Shown here piece after piece: positions 10,881 to 20,949 of a stretch of DNA of 64,000 nucleotides. Below the pieces are notes generated by a model that had not been told where the DNA came from, did no database searches, and saw only the letters and a list, made by a program, of their open reading frames with translations. Position 1 is the stretch's first letter; each line of letters begins with the position of its first letter. The stretch comes from Gemmatimonadota bacterium (GTDB lineage Bacteria; Gemmatimonadota; Gemmatimonadetes; Gemmatimonadales; Gemmatimonadaceae), in NCBI GenBank assembly GCA_040389905.1, contig JAZJZK010000007.1, positions 32,001 through 96,000 of the forward strand, in the 5' to 3' direction. The position numbers and the translations under genes were made by a program.

Positions 10881-11888
10881 GTGTTTTGTCCTGAGTGTGG
10901 AACGTGGAATCGGGCGAACGCCGCTGCTTGCAGCCGGTGCACATCGGCATTGCCGGCGGTGTCGGGGCAGCCGATGGAGAAGCCGGACGACGAAATCACG
11001 ACGTTGCGCCGCGCCACTGGCAGCCGGTACCGCATCCTCCGCCGGCTTGGCGGTGGAGGAATGGCAACGGTCTACCGTGCCGAGCAGATGCCGCTGGGCC
11101 GCGATGTCGTCGTGAAGGTCCTTCATCCGCACCTGGCGCGCGACGCCGAGATGGCGGAGCGCTTTCGCCGAGAGGCCGAAGCCGCAGCGCAGCTGGTGCA
11201 TCCGTTCATCTGCCCGTTGCTCGACTTCGGGCGCTCGGGTGAGACGGTCTACATCGTCATGCCGTACCTCGGCGGCGGCTCCCTCGCCGATCGCGTGTCG
11301 AAAGATCATGCGCTCTCGCCACCGTTGATCGCGGCGGCGGCGGCGCAGGTGGCGGTGGCACTCGACCACGCGCATCGGCGCGGTGTCGTGCACCGCGACA
11401 TCAAGCCGGACAACATTCTCTTCGACGACGACGGCAACGCGTACATCACCGATTTCGGCATTGCCACCGCGCGATTTCACGGACGGCTCACGGCGAGCGG
11501 TCGCGCGATGGGCACGCCACACTACATGAGCCCCGAGCAGGCCATGGGCAAGCTCGTGGACGGCCGGAGCGACCTCTACGCGCTCGGCATCGTGCTGTAC
11601 GAATCGCTCGTCGGCTTCCCGCCATTTGACGGCGCTGATGCGTTCTCCGTGGGCTACAAGCACGTCCACGAAAAGCCGGTCGATCTTGCGGACGTCGACT
11701 CGCGCCTGCCAGAGGCGCTGACGGAAATCGTCATGCGTTGCCTCGCGAAGCCGGCGGATGAACGCTACCCCCGGGGGGATGCGCTGGCGGATGCGCTGCT
11801 CGCGTACCTCGCCACCGCTGAAGACTCGGACTCTGCCCGCCGGTCCGCGGGCCTCGCTCGCCGACCCGTACCCTCTGAACGCGCATGA
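10881..11888 (+). CDS. Ser/Thr protein kinase with N-terminal zinc ribbon
   Basis: CPEC...CSRC; LGGGGMATVY, HRDIKPDN, DFG, YMSPEQ; no TM segment. Confidence 0.93.
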   Translation: MFCPECGTWNRANAAACSRCTSALPAVSGQPMEKPDDEITTLRRATGSRYRILRRLGGGGMATVYRAEQMPLGRDVVVKVLHPHLARDAEMAERFRREAEAAAQLVHPFICPLLDFGRSGETVYIVMPYLGGGSLADRVSKDHALSPPLIAAAAAQVAVALDHAHRRGVVHRDIKPDNILFDDDGNAYITDFGIATARFHGRLTASGRAMGTPHYMSPEQAMGKLVDGRSDLYALGIVLYESLVGFPPFDGADAFSVGYKHVHEKPVDLADVDSRLPEALTEIVMRCLAKPADERYPRGDALADALLAYLATAEDSDSARRSAGLARRPVPSERA

Positions 11889-12907
11889 AGCTCACGCACG
11901 AAATCGTCACACTTCGCACGAAGAACCCATTCATCATTGCCCGCGGCGGATCGAGCGAATACCGCGTCGTCCGGATCACGATCACGGCGCCCGACGGCGC
12001 AACCGGCTGGGGTGAAGCCGCGCCGAGCAAGTTCTACGGCGAAACGGCGGATACGGTCGTGGATGTGCTGCCACTCCTCGCCGACGCGATCTCTGGAATG
12101 GACACGTGGTCGCTCGAGGCGATGGAGCATACGCTCGCCAAGACGATCCGGTTCAACGGATCGGCACGCGCTGGTGTGAGCGCCGCGTTGCATGATCTGG
12201 TGGGCAAGCGGCTCGGTGTCCCGATTTACAGGATGTGGGGACTCGACCCGGCGGCGTCTCCGCTGACGAGCTTCACGATTGGCATTGCGCCCGATGAGGA
12301 AACGCTGCGCGCGCGCGTTGCCGAGGCGGAGCAGTATCCGGTCCTCAAGATCAAGTTGGGTTCGAATTGGGACGAGCGCATCGTCCGCGTGGTACGTGAG
12401 CTCGCGCCGAAAAAGATCTTGCGCGTCGACGCCAATGCAGGGTGGACCCCGAAGTCCACGTTGCGCATCGTACCGTTACTGCAGGAACTCGGCGTCGAGT
12501 TCGTGGAGCAGCCACTCCCGCCGGAAGACGTCGAGGGGCTTCGCTTTATCCGCGAGCGGTCGTCGTTGCCGATCATCGCCGACGAGAGCTGCCTCGTGTC
12601 GTCCGATATTCCGAAGCTCGCCGGCGTCGTCGATGGCATCAACATCAAGCTCGCCAAGTGCGGCGGTTTGCGTGAAGCGTTACGGATGGTAGCTGTGGCG
12701 CGCGCGCACGACATGCTCGTGATGGCGGGCTGCATGATCGAGAGCTCGCTCGGCATCACGGCGGCGGCCCAGTTCGCGCCACTACTCGATTGTGCGGATT
12801 TCGATGGGCACGTGCTGATATCGAATGATCCCTATGTTGGCGCGACGATCGATGATGGGATTATTCAGATTCCATCATCGCCCGGACTTGGTGTCGAGCC
12901 GCGATAA
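11885..12907 (+). CDS. dipeptide epimerase (L-Ala-D/L-Glu epimerase, enolase superfamily)
   Basis: PFIIARG, GWGEA, KIKLG, RVDAN, EQP, ADES, NIKLAKCGG, GCMIESS. Confidence 0.9.
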   Translation: MKLTHEIVTLRTKNPFIIARGGSSEYRVVRITITAPDGATGWGEAAPSKFYGETADTVVDVLPLLADAISGMDTWSLEAMEHTLAKTIRFNGSARAGVSAALHDLVGKRLGVPIYRMWGLDPAASPLTSFTIGIAPDEETLRARVAEAEQYPVLKIKLGSNWDERIVRVVRELAPKKILRVDANAGWTPKSTLRIVPLLQELGVEFVEQPLPPEDVEGLRFIRERSSLPIIADESCLVSSDIPKLAGVVDGINIKLAKCGGLREALRMVAVARAHDMLVMAGCMIESSLGITAAAQFAPLLDCADFDGHVLISNDPYVGATIDDGIIQIPSSPGLGVEPR

Positions 12908-13019
12908 GCGTAGTGCGCGCCGGCAGTGTGATGCAGATGTGAGCTCCTTGAGATCGGTACGAAGGCAGTCATGGTGATGGACGTCAAGCGGCGCGCAGCG
13001 ACTCCGCTCGCGTTTATCT

Positions 13020-15293
13020 TTGTCATCCATGACCTGCGTTGACGTCGCCCTCGCGCTTCCCTTGTTCCGCACCTTCACGTATCGGGTGCCTGACGATCTC
13101 AAGGGAAGTATCGCCCCAGGCTCGCGCGTCGTCGTTCCCTTTCGCAACAAGACCGAGCTCGGCGTCGTCATCGCTACCGTCGAGCCGAAAGAAGGAATGA
13201 AGTTGAAAGACGTCGTCTCGGCGCCAGATGACGCGCCGGTGATGGACGCACCGATGCTCGAGCTCTGCCGATGGATCGCTGATTACTATGTCGTGCCGCT
13301 CGGCGTTGCGTTGCGCACGGCGCTTCCCGCCGCGCTTACAGGCGCCGACGTCCCTGTACCCGTGCGCAAGAAGCGCCGTGTCGCGCAGATCATCGTCGAG
13401 CTTCCGAGCCTGTTGGAGCGTGACAAGACGTTCGCGCGCGCACCACAGCAGCGCGTGCTGTACGAATTGATTGAAGCGCTCGGTGGGCGCGCCGCCATCG
13501 AGATGCTCAACGAGAAGCTGGCGTTTTCCGCATCGGTGCTGAAGGGGCTCGTGACGCGAGGATTCGTCGAGATCGGCTTCGAGACGGTCGAGCGAGATCC
13601 TTTCCTGACGCGCGCCCAACGCGCTCCCGACGCTCACGTGCCCACCGCGGCACAGAGCCACGCGATCGAGCGGCTCGCGGCGGCGGCACCGGGTCACGTC
13701 GCACTGCTGCACGGCATCACGGGCAGTGGAAAGACGCTCGTCTATCTCGAGCTCCTCAGGCGCGTCGTCATGGAGGAAGGCAAGACCGCCATCGTCCTCG
13801 TGCCGGAGATTGCGCTCACTCCGCAAACGGTCGATCGCTTTCGCGCTGTGTTTGGAGATCGCATCGCCGTGCTCCACAGTGCACTCTCCGACGGCGAACG
13901 GTATGACGCGTGGCTCGCACTGCGGCGCGGCGAGAAGCGAATCGCCGTCGGCGCGCGGTCGGCCATCTTCGCACCACTCCGCGACCTCGGCGCGATCGTC
14001 GTGGATGAGGAGCATGAGTCGAGTTACAAGCAGGGCGAGTCACCGCGGTATCACGCCCGCGAGGTGGCAATCGTACGCGCGAGGGCGGAGGGTGCAGTCG
14101 TCGTGCTTGGGAGTGCGACGCCGAGTCTCGAGAGTTGGACCAATGCGGCATCCGGAAAGTACGAGCTCCTTCCGCTGCCCGATCGGGCGGGCGGCGCGAA
14201 GCTGCCCGGAGTCGAGATCGTCGACCTGCGCGCCGCGCGGCCCAAGGTGCCGCAGACGGAATCGCCGGAATCCGACGCTGCATTCGCTATCGCGGTCAGC
14301 GCACCGCTCGACGCTCGGCTACGCGACCGCCTGGCCAAGGGCGAACAGAGCATCCTGTTGTTGAACCGGCGGGGCTATGCGGCGTTCGTGCAGTGTAATA
14401 CCTGCGGAGACGTCGCCGTCTGCCCGAACTGCAGCATCAGTCTCACGTATCACCGTACGCCGGAGCAACTCGTCTGCCACTACTGCATGCATGGGGAGCC
14501 ACTACACGCGAGCTGTGTGCGTTGTGGCGGCCTGCGACTGCGGCAGCGGGGTCTTGGCACGCAGCAGGTCGAGCGCATGCTGAACGATCGATATCCGACG
14601 GCGCGCGTTGCTCGCATGGATGTGGATACGACGAGTGGAAAGTGGGCGCACACCCAGATCCTCGATCGCGTCGGTGCCGGTGAAGTGGACATCCTGCTCG
14701 GCACACAGATGATCGCAAAGGGTTTGGACTTTCCCAATGTGACGCTGGTTGGCGTGATCGACGCGGACGTTGGAATCAATCTGCCGGACTTTCGCGCATC
14801 GGAGCGATGTTTCCAATTGCTCAGCCAGGTCGCGGGACGAGCGGGCCGAGGTCCGAAGGGCGGGGAAGTGGTGATCCAGACGCGCTCCCCGTCGCACCAC
14901 GCGGTCCAGTGCGCGGTGACGCATGATTACCACCGCTTCGTGAAGGAGGAGCTCGCCGGCCGAATTCGGCCGCCGTATCCTCCCAACGTGCGCCTGGCGA
15001 ATGTCGTCCTCAGCGGCACGCAGGAAGAGGCGACCGCTCGGCTGGCGACGTCGGTCACCGGGTGGCTGCACAAGCTTCTCAAAGCTCGACCCTCGCCGGC
15101 GATCACGGTGATCGGCCCCGCACCGTGCCCCGTCGAACGTGTGAAGAACCGCTGGCGCTGGCATGTGCTGATCAAGAGCGAGACGCAACAGGACCTCGGG
15201 CGCGTCGCACGGTATCTCGTGCAGAAGTTCGAGATTCCGAAACAGTTCGGGTTGCGGATGACGGTCGATCGGGACCCCGTCGCGCTGCTCTAG
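13020..15293 (+). CDS. priA: primosomal protein N' (replication restart helicase)
   Basis: GITGSGKT, VPEIALTPQ, DEEH, GSATPSLES, four CxxC pairs, GTQMIAKGLDFP, QVAGRAGR. Confidence 0.97.
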   Translation: MSSMTCVDVALALPLFRTFTYRVPDDLKGSIAPGSRVVVPFRNKTELGVVIATVEPKEGMKLKDVVSAPDDAPVMDAPMLELCRWIADYYVVPLGVALRTALPAALTGADVPVPVRKKRRVAQIIVELPSLLERDKTFARAPQQRVLYELIEALGGRAAIEMLNEKLAFSASVLKGLVTRGFVEIGFETVERDPFLTRAQRAPDAHVPTAAQSHAIERLAAAAPGHVALLHGITGSGKTLVYLELLRRVVMEEGKTAIVLVPEIALTPQTVDRFRAVFGDRIAVLHSALSDGERYDAWLALRRGEKRIAVGARSAIFAPLRDLGAIVVDEEHESSYKQGESPRYHAREVAIVRARAEGAVVVLGSATPSLESWTNAASGKYELLPLPDRAGGAKLPGVEIVDLRAARPKVPQTESPESDAAFAIAVSAPLDARLRDRLAKGEQSILLLNRRGYAAFVQCNTCGDVAVCPNCSISLTYHRTPEQLVCHYCMHGEPLHASCVRCGGLRLRQRGLGTQQVERMLNDRYPTARVARMDVDTTSGKWAHTQILDRVGAGEVDILLGTQMIAKGLDFPNVTLVGVIDADVGINLPDFRASERCFQLLSQVAGRAGRGPKGGEVVIQTRSPSHHAVQCAVTHDYHRFVKEELAGRIRPPYPPNVRLANVVLSGTQEEATARLATSVTGWLHKLLKARPSPAITVIGPAPCPVERVKNRWRWHVLIKSETQQDLGRVARYLVQKFEIPKQFGLRMTVDRDPVALL

Positions 15294-15491
15294 ATTGGTC
15301 GGATGTTTCGGACGTCAGGGAACTGCGTTGAGGAACTGCGTTGTTCGAGGCTGCCGAGAATCAGATTGGACAAACTGGCGGAACGACATTTTGCAAGCGC
15401 ACCGTACAAATCCGGCAGTTATCCGTAGAATCCGTACAATCTGCTCCTCCCCCTCCGAAAAACGCTTTTCCAACGCCGTATCCGACCAATC
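15293..15491. repeat. intergenic element bounded by a 12-bp inverted repeat
   Basis: GATTGGTCGGAT (15293-15304) and ATCCGACCAATC (15480-15491). Confidence 0.45.
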
Positions 15492-15533
15492 GCACGCCTT
15501 GTTCCGAAAGATCGCGCCAATGATCTTTCATGT

Positions 15534-16646
15534 GTGACCTCCTTCAAGCATCCCGACTTCACGCAGCACCCGTTTATCGAGTACCCGGACGCATCCTTCC
15601 TCCCCGCTCCGGCAGACGGCGTGCTTCCCGAGGGATTTTTCTCGACCACCAATCTTCCGACCTACGTGCGGGTGAACGGCACCTGGCGGATGCCGCGCGA
15701 GCCGAGGATGGACTCGGTGCTCGTACTCGACCGGGAGGGGGAGCTCTGGGTTCGTGAGATGCGACGTGTCGAAAAAGACCAACTCGTCGCCGTTGGAATG
15801 GCAGAAGACGGCTCGGAAGGCATCTACGTCGACGTCGCAGGTTTCCTTGGCGACCAGAGTGGCGACGGCGAGTTCAAGTTCATGGCGAGCGAGGTGTCGC
15901 GAGAGAAGCCCATCGACTACTCGCTGATGGCGCGCATTCTCATCGACGAACGCGATCGCGGTGGCTATTGCGTCTGGGTCACCGGTCCGGCGCTCGTGCA
16001 TTCCCGCGCGCGTCACGACATGATCTGGTTCATCCAGAATGGTTTTGTCGGTGCGCTGCTCGCGGGCAACGCCGTCGCGGTGCACGACATCGAGGCGGCA
16101 ATCTTTGGCACGACGCTGGGCATGACAGGCGCGGGGGAAAACACCCAGGGGGGACACGGACTGCACATGCGCGCCATCAACAAGGTGCGCGCCGCAGGTT
16201 CGATTGCCGCCGCCGTTGCCGACGGCACGATCACCGGTGGGATCATGCACGCGTGCGTGACGAACAGCATTCCGTTCGTGCTCACGGGGTCCATTCGCGA
16301 TGATGGTCCACTCCCCGACGTCATCACCGATGCCCTTGCCGCGCAGGACGCGATGCGCGCGCACACGATGAAGGCCACGATGGCCATTCTCATCGCGACC
16401 GCGCTACATGCGATCGCGACGGGCAACATGCTCCCGGCCTTCGTCACTGAACCAGATGGATCGCTTCGCGAACTCTCGACGATTTGCGTCGACTCGCTCG
16501 AGTTCGTTGTCAGCAAACTCAAGGATCGCGGAACGCATCAGGCGTTCGGCGTCGTCACGAATGCACAGGATTTCATGCACATCTTGCGGCTCTATGTCGA
16601 ACGTGAGCTGGATCAGCGCCGAACCGCCAGTGCGGTGAGCGCATGA
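15534..16646 (+). CDS. TIGR00300-like protein (LOR/SDH-domain, putative ornithine cyclodeaminase)
   Basis: PADGVLPEGFFSTTN, RMD, LLAGNAVAVHDIE, GSIRDDGPLPD, IATGNMLP, KLKDRG. Confidence 0.8.
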   Translation: MTSFKHPDFTQHPFIEYPDASFLPAPADGVLPEGFFSTTNLPTYVRVNGTWRMPREPRMDSVLVLDREGELWVREMRRVEKDQLVAVGMAEDGSEGIYVDVAGFLGDQSGDGEFKFMASEVSREKPIDYSLMARILIDERDRGGYCVWVTGPALVHSRARHDMIWFIQNGFVGALLAGNAVAVHDIEAAIFGTTLGMTGAGENTQGGHGLHMRAINKVRAAGSIAAAVADGTITGGIMHACVTNSIPFVLTGSIRDDGPLPDVITDALAAQDAMRAHTMKATMAILIATALHAIATGNMLPAFVTEPDGSLRELSTICVDSLEFVVSKLKDRGTHQAFGVVTNAQDFMHILRLYVERELDQRRTASAVSA

Positions 16647-17212
16647 ACGAGGAAACACGGACGCGTTTTCTCGCGTCGATCGCGAAGCAGGTGCCCGCCG
16701 AGCGCGTCGCCGAGGTCCATGTCTTCGCGGGGATTCGCCAAGGTGGCGTCGAGAGTGGCGTCGCAGTCATCGCCGTCGAGAAACCGCTGCCGCTCGTGAC
16801 CGAAGTCGCCGAGGCGGCGTCGATCGAGACAACCGAAGCCGTCGTCGTTAGCGATCAACTCGCGGACGAATCAGCGTTCGTTGCCGATGAGGTGGTCGCG
16901 ACGGAGGATTCGCCGTACGCCGACGTTTCTGAGATCGTCCAGGAACTTGCAGTCGACGTGCCGGCGGCGGCGGAAGCCCCACCTGAACCACCACTCTCGC
17001 GCTACACGATCTTCTCAGCGCGCTATCGCCACACGCTCAAGGGTCTCGACCGTGGCAAATGGGAAGTATCGGTGACCGAGGAGGCCGATGCACCGCTCCT
17101 CACCGTCGAAGCCGTGGTTCGGGGTGTGCAGCGCCGTTCCGGTGATGTCGAAGAGGCGTCGCGCCTCAGCGGCGACGAGTTCCGCGCGCTGCTTCCGATA
17201 CCGGTTTCCTAG
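16643..17212 (+). CDS. hypothetical protein with an acidic low-complexity middle region
   Basis: ATGA overlap with the upstream gene; host-like codon usage. Confidence 0.75.
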   Translation: MNEETRTRFLASIAKQVPAERVAEVHVFAGIRQGGVESGVAVIAVEKPLPLVTEVAEAASIETTEAVVVSDQLADESAFVADEVVATEDSPYADVSEIVQELAVDVPAAAEAPPEPPLSRYTIFSARYRHTLKGLDRGKWEVSVTEEADAPLLTVEAVVRGVQRRSGDVEEASRLSGDEFRALLPIPVS

Positions 17213-17260
17213 CCAGCATCCTGCACGAGCCCGCACCGCCGGCCCAGTGAACGCGGATTG

Positions 17261-18541
17261 CTACGGCCGCTTCTTGAACACCACCAGCCCGGCAATGCCG
17301 TTGTAGTTGCCTTTGAGCGAGTCACCGACCTGCGTTCCGACGAAACGCACGAACGTCGAATGCACGTCCGAGTTGTTCGTGAACTGCAGTTCGATGCGGT
17401 CGCCGTCGCGTGCACCGGCAAGCCCATCGCGCGTCGCAACCTTTCGATCCTTCTGGTACCAACCGCTCAGCGACGCCGACGTTCCCGGCGTCTCGACGAA
17501 CAGCTTCAAGACGTCGACGTATGGTCGACCGCCGGTCGTTACCGGACTCTGCACGATTTCGTATTCGCCCTCGAACTTGGGCTCCTTGATGGGCTGCGTC
17601 ACATCCAGCAAGCGGGAATCGATAACCACAATCGACCCGAAGAGGCCGATGCCGCCCGAGAGATTGTTGATGATGCCGGATCCCGTGAATGGGTCGTTGC
17701 GCGACCGGTAGTAGTCGAAATAATTCGTATCGGCCGCGAAGATCGTCGAGACCTGTTGAAAGCCGGGGATGAAAAGACGCTGAAAGTCGTCCGCAAAGAA
17801 ATTGCGAAAGCTGCCGGCAATCGAGAGCTTGGTCGAATCGCTGAATAACAGCAGCGCCCCAAATGGCGATTCAACACGTACGCCGAACGACCGCGCGCCC
17901 GTGACAGGCGCCCAGTTGATTTTCAGTGTGTCCTTGGATCGGTCGAACAGAACCGTCGGCGTCGTGATCATCGGAGGCGCGCTCGGCACGACCGTCTTGC
18001 CGGTGACGATCACGCCATCCGGCGTTTTTACGGTGAGGGTGTAGGTTGCGCCCGGCCGAATCGGTGCCTTGAAGACGTTCGGCTCCGGTAAGCCGGCAAG
18101 CACTTCGTATCGCCCGGTTCCATAGCCAGCGGCCTTGCCGGTAAACGTGCGCTCTTTTCCGATGAGCACACCATCAGGGCCGGTGATCGTGACCTGAGCG
18201 TTCGCAATGGGGAGGCCACCAGCGGTATTCACCGGGTCCAGCACGTCGAACCGCTGGTTGTCGTTGATGAACACAGTGCCCGTCAACGTCTTCTCGACGA
18301 GCACGATCTGCATCGTCGCGCTCGGGTCGAGCACTGCGTGCACGACAACTTGAGGAGTTGAATACGCGATCGTTTCCTGATCGAACGCACACGCCGATAC
18401 GGAAAGCGCCGCAACGATCGTCACACCGAGCGTTCTAAACGAGGCCTTTGTCACCCCGAGCGAGCGCAGCAGCCTGCCCTCGAGGAGTGCCAGCGACGCA
18501 GGGAGGGGTCTGCACCTCACGCCCTTGCGGTTGTGGCTCAT
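17261..18541 (-). CDS. DUF4249-like lipoprotein, partner of the TonB-dependent receptor
   Basis: Lipobox-like VSAC; VVVHAVL; NYFDYY...NLSGGIGLFGS; start is ATG 18541 (coupled to upstream TGA) or GTG 18454. Confidence 0.75.
   Translation of the reverse strand: MSHNRKGVRCRPLPASLALLEGRLLRSLGVTKASFRTLGVTIVAALSVSACAFDQETIAYSTPQVVVHAVLDPSATMQIVLVEKTLTGTVFINDNQRFDVLDPVNTAGGLPIANAQVTITGPDGVLIGKERTFTGKAAGYGTGRYEVLAGLPEPNVFKAPIRPGATYTLTVKTPDGVIVTGKTVVPSAPPMITTPTVLFDRSKDTLKINWAPVTGARSFGVRVESPFGALLLFSDSTKLSIAGSFRNFFADDFQRLFIPGFQQVSTIFAADTNYFDYYRSRNDPFTGSGIINNLSGGIGLFGSIVVIDSRLLDVTQPIKEPKFEGEYEIVQSPVTTGGRPYVDVLKLFVETPGTSASLSGWYQKDRKVATRDGLAGARDGDRIELQFTNNSDVHSTFVRFVGTQVGDSLKGNYNGIAGLVVFKKRP
18449..18516. 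repeat. REP-like family A variant at the 5' end of the lipoprotein gene
   Basis: TGTCACCCCGAGCGAGCGCAGC...GGGGTCTGCACC; similar to 45781-45894. Confidence 0.7.
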
Positions 18542-20877
18542 CAGAAATTCACCGTCAAGCCGATGCTCGGAAGAAACGGAAACTGCGACGCGGCCTCGCG
18601 TGTCGGCGGATTGCGAGTGTAGTCGAACGAATAGATGAACACGTTCTTCGCGTTGTACGCGTTGACGATGCTGACGTACGGCGTGAGCCCGAGTCCGTGC
18701 CAGCGTGACACGCGCGAGAGCCCGAGGTCGAGCCGCTGGAAGAACGGATAGCGCGACCCATTGCGTGTCCCGCCGACCGGTTCGAGCTCGTCGCCGCTTT
18801 GGGCGTCGAAGACATGCGTCCGCGGATTGTAGCCGTGCCGCACGAGCTGGCCGACGATGTCCGTATACGGTGTACCAGTCGCCAGGCCGAGCCGCGCCGA
18901 AAAGATGTAATGCTCTCCGGGCCGGTACGACGCCACGACGTTCAGGTTGTGACGGCGGTCGTGGCCGGGCCAGTACGCTAACGTGTCGCGCGTCCGTGAG
19001 CTGACACCGTATGTGTACGACAGCCACCCGCCGAATGGACCGATTTCGAGCTGGCGGAACAAGAGGTCATACCCATACGACGTACCTTTCGAGACGAGGA
19101 ATTCATCACCACGAAACGCAGGATCGTCCGCCGTATTCTGCTCGAGGAGATTGCGGTACTGCTTGGCCCACGCCTCGAGCCGCACAAAGCGGAGAGGGCC
19201 CAGCCATCGCTCCATGCCGAGCACGTAGTGCCGCGCGCGGGAGACATCGGTGTAGGGATCGGCCGCCACCCAGAAGTCGAAGATGCGAATCGGGATGTCT
19301 TCGCGGTTGAGCGAGTGCAGCCACTGTGCGTAGTCACCAACCGCAGCCGTGACCGCGAGATCCGGTGTCACGAAGTACTTCACCGCGAGTCGGGGAGACA
19401 ACTCCGTCCACTGACGACCTGTCAGGTGCTCGAGGCGCATTCCCGCCTCGGCGATCAGTTTCTTCGTCGGCTTCCAGCGCTCCTGGTAAAAGAGCGCAGT
19501 CGCCGTCGGTCGCTGCGACAACTCGAAGAGCGCAAAGGGCGACGCATCCGAGTGAACGTCGTAGTGCACGGAATAGCTCGACAGCTCATAGCCGAGCTTT
19601 CGCTCGTGTGCTGCGCGGTTCCACTGGATGTTGCCCGAGAGGCGCAGCTCCTTGACCTCGTTGTTCAGCGTCAGCGCGCCGCTGCCGAGGTCGAGTCCCG
19701 TTTCGAAGCGTGTGTATGACGCGCTCTGTTCGACGGAGACACTGTCGGCGAGACCCACCAATGGCAGTGCCACGCCGTCGCGCCAGATGTTGTGCAGTCG
19801 CGCGCCTGCCAATTGGTTCGACCATCCAAACTTGAAAGAACCAACGCCGCCGCCGTTCGTCGCCGAATCAGTAAACAGCGAGAGGTCCGCGTCGAGAATG
19901 TCCTTGCCCGAGTACCCAGTGACCTCGAGCTTCATCTCGCCGTTGCCTAACGCTTTCACGCCGTGGAACTGTCCGTCCGAGAAATGATACGGGAAGGTCT
20001 TGTCGCTGATCGCGGCGATCAGCTTGTCGGCATACGTGCGACGACCCGAGATGGTCCAGCTGGAGCGCCCGTCCTGCGTCGCGGAGCCGACGGACAGGCT
20101 CGAGCTGATCGCGGAAACACCGAGCGTGCCGTGCAGTCCGGTTTTGTCGGGATTCGCTGACGTCACATCGAGCACGCTCGAGAGACGGCCACCGTACTCC
20201 GCACCGAATCCGCCCGTCAGGAGGTCGATCGACCCAACGGTTTCGTCGAGGAACGTGCTGAACAACCCGCCGAGGTGAAACGGGTTGTAGATCGGGTAGC
20301 CGTCGAGCAGGATGAGATTCTGGTCGGCCTCGCCGCCGCGCACGTTGAAGCCCGACGAGAAGTCATTCCGGGCATTGACGCCGGGCATGAGTTGCACGGC
20401 GCGCATGACGTCGGGCTCGCCGAATTGCGGAACCGCCTTGACCGAGCTTGCCGTGAGCTTGATCGAGCCGACGCTGGGGCTCATCTCGAAGGCTTCTCGC
20501 TCCGGCGACTTTGCAATCGCGCGCACGGCGGCCAGTGTCACTGCGGAATTCGCGACGCGCAACGTCAACGTGACGATCTCACCCGCGCGGACGACGACTT
20601 GCTGCTCGAGGCCGCGCGTGCTGATCTGCCGCGTGCGTAGGGTGTAGGTGCCCGGCACGATATCAGTGAGCGCGAAGCGGCCCGCGTCATCGGAAAGCAC
20701 GCCGCGTCCCGTTCCGTCGAGCAGCACCGCGACGCCGACGCGCGGCTTGCCCGTGGCGCTATCGACGACGCTCCCGACGATATTGCCGCGACCGGGTGCC
20801 TGCGCGGTCGCTCTCTGGACGCCGAGCGCCGCGCAGAGGGCGAGACTGAGAAATGTGTAGATGGCGCGACGAAGCAT
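18541..20877 (-). CDS. TonB-dependent receptor with N-terminal carboxypeptidase-regulatory-like domain
   Basis: Signal peptide; NVRGGEADQNLILLDG, GGFGAEYGGRLSSVLDV; C-terminal Phe; ATG at 20877. Confidence 0.92.
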   Translation of the reverse strand: MLRRAIYTFLSLALCAALGVQRATAQAPGRGNIVGSVVDSATGKPRVGVAVLLDGTGRGVLSDDAGRFALTDIVPGTYTLRTRQISTRGLEQQVVVRAGEIVTLTLRVANSAVTLAAVRAIAKSPEREAFEMSPSVGSIKLTASSVKAVPQFGEPDVMRAVQLMPGVNARNDFSSGFNVRGGEADQNLILLDGYPIYNPFHLGGLFSTFLDETVGSIDLLTGGFGAEYGGRLSSVLDVTSANPDKTGLHGTLGVSAISSSLSVGSATQDGRSSWTISGRRTYADKLIAAISDKTFPYHFSDGQFHGVKALGNGEMKLEVTGYSGKDILDADLSLFTDSATNGGGVGSFKFGWSNQLAGARLHNIWRDGVALPLVGLADSVSVEQSASYTRFETGLDLGSGALTLNNEVKELRLSGNIQWNRAAHERKLGYELSSYSVHYDVHSDASPFALFELSQRPTATALFYQERWKPTKKLIAEAGMRLEHLTGRQWTELSPRLAVKYFVTPDLAVTAAVGDYAQWLHSLNREDIPIRIFDFWVAADPYTDVSRARHYVLGMERWLGPLRFVRLEAWAKQYRNLLEQNTADDPAFRGDEFLVSKGTSYGYDLLFRQLEIGPFGGWLSYTYGVSSRTRDTLAYWPGHDRRHNLNVVASYRPGEHYIFSARLGLATGTPYTDIVGQLVRHGYNPRTHVFDAQSGDELEPVGGTRNGSRYPFFQRLDLGLSRVSRWHGLGLTPYVSIVNAYNAKNVFIYSFDYTRNPPTREAASQFPFLPSIGLTVNF

Positions 20878-20949
20878 TTCGCGGAGGCGGGAGTGGCGCA
20901 CACGTGCCACGAATGCAGAAGATACAGGCGGGACCGACTCTTGTTCCGC

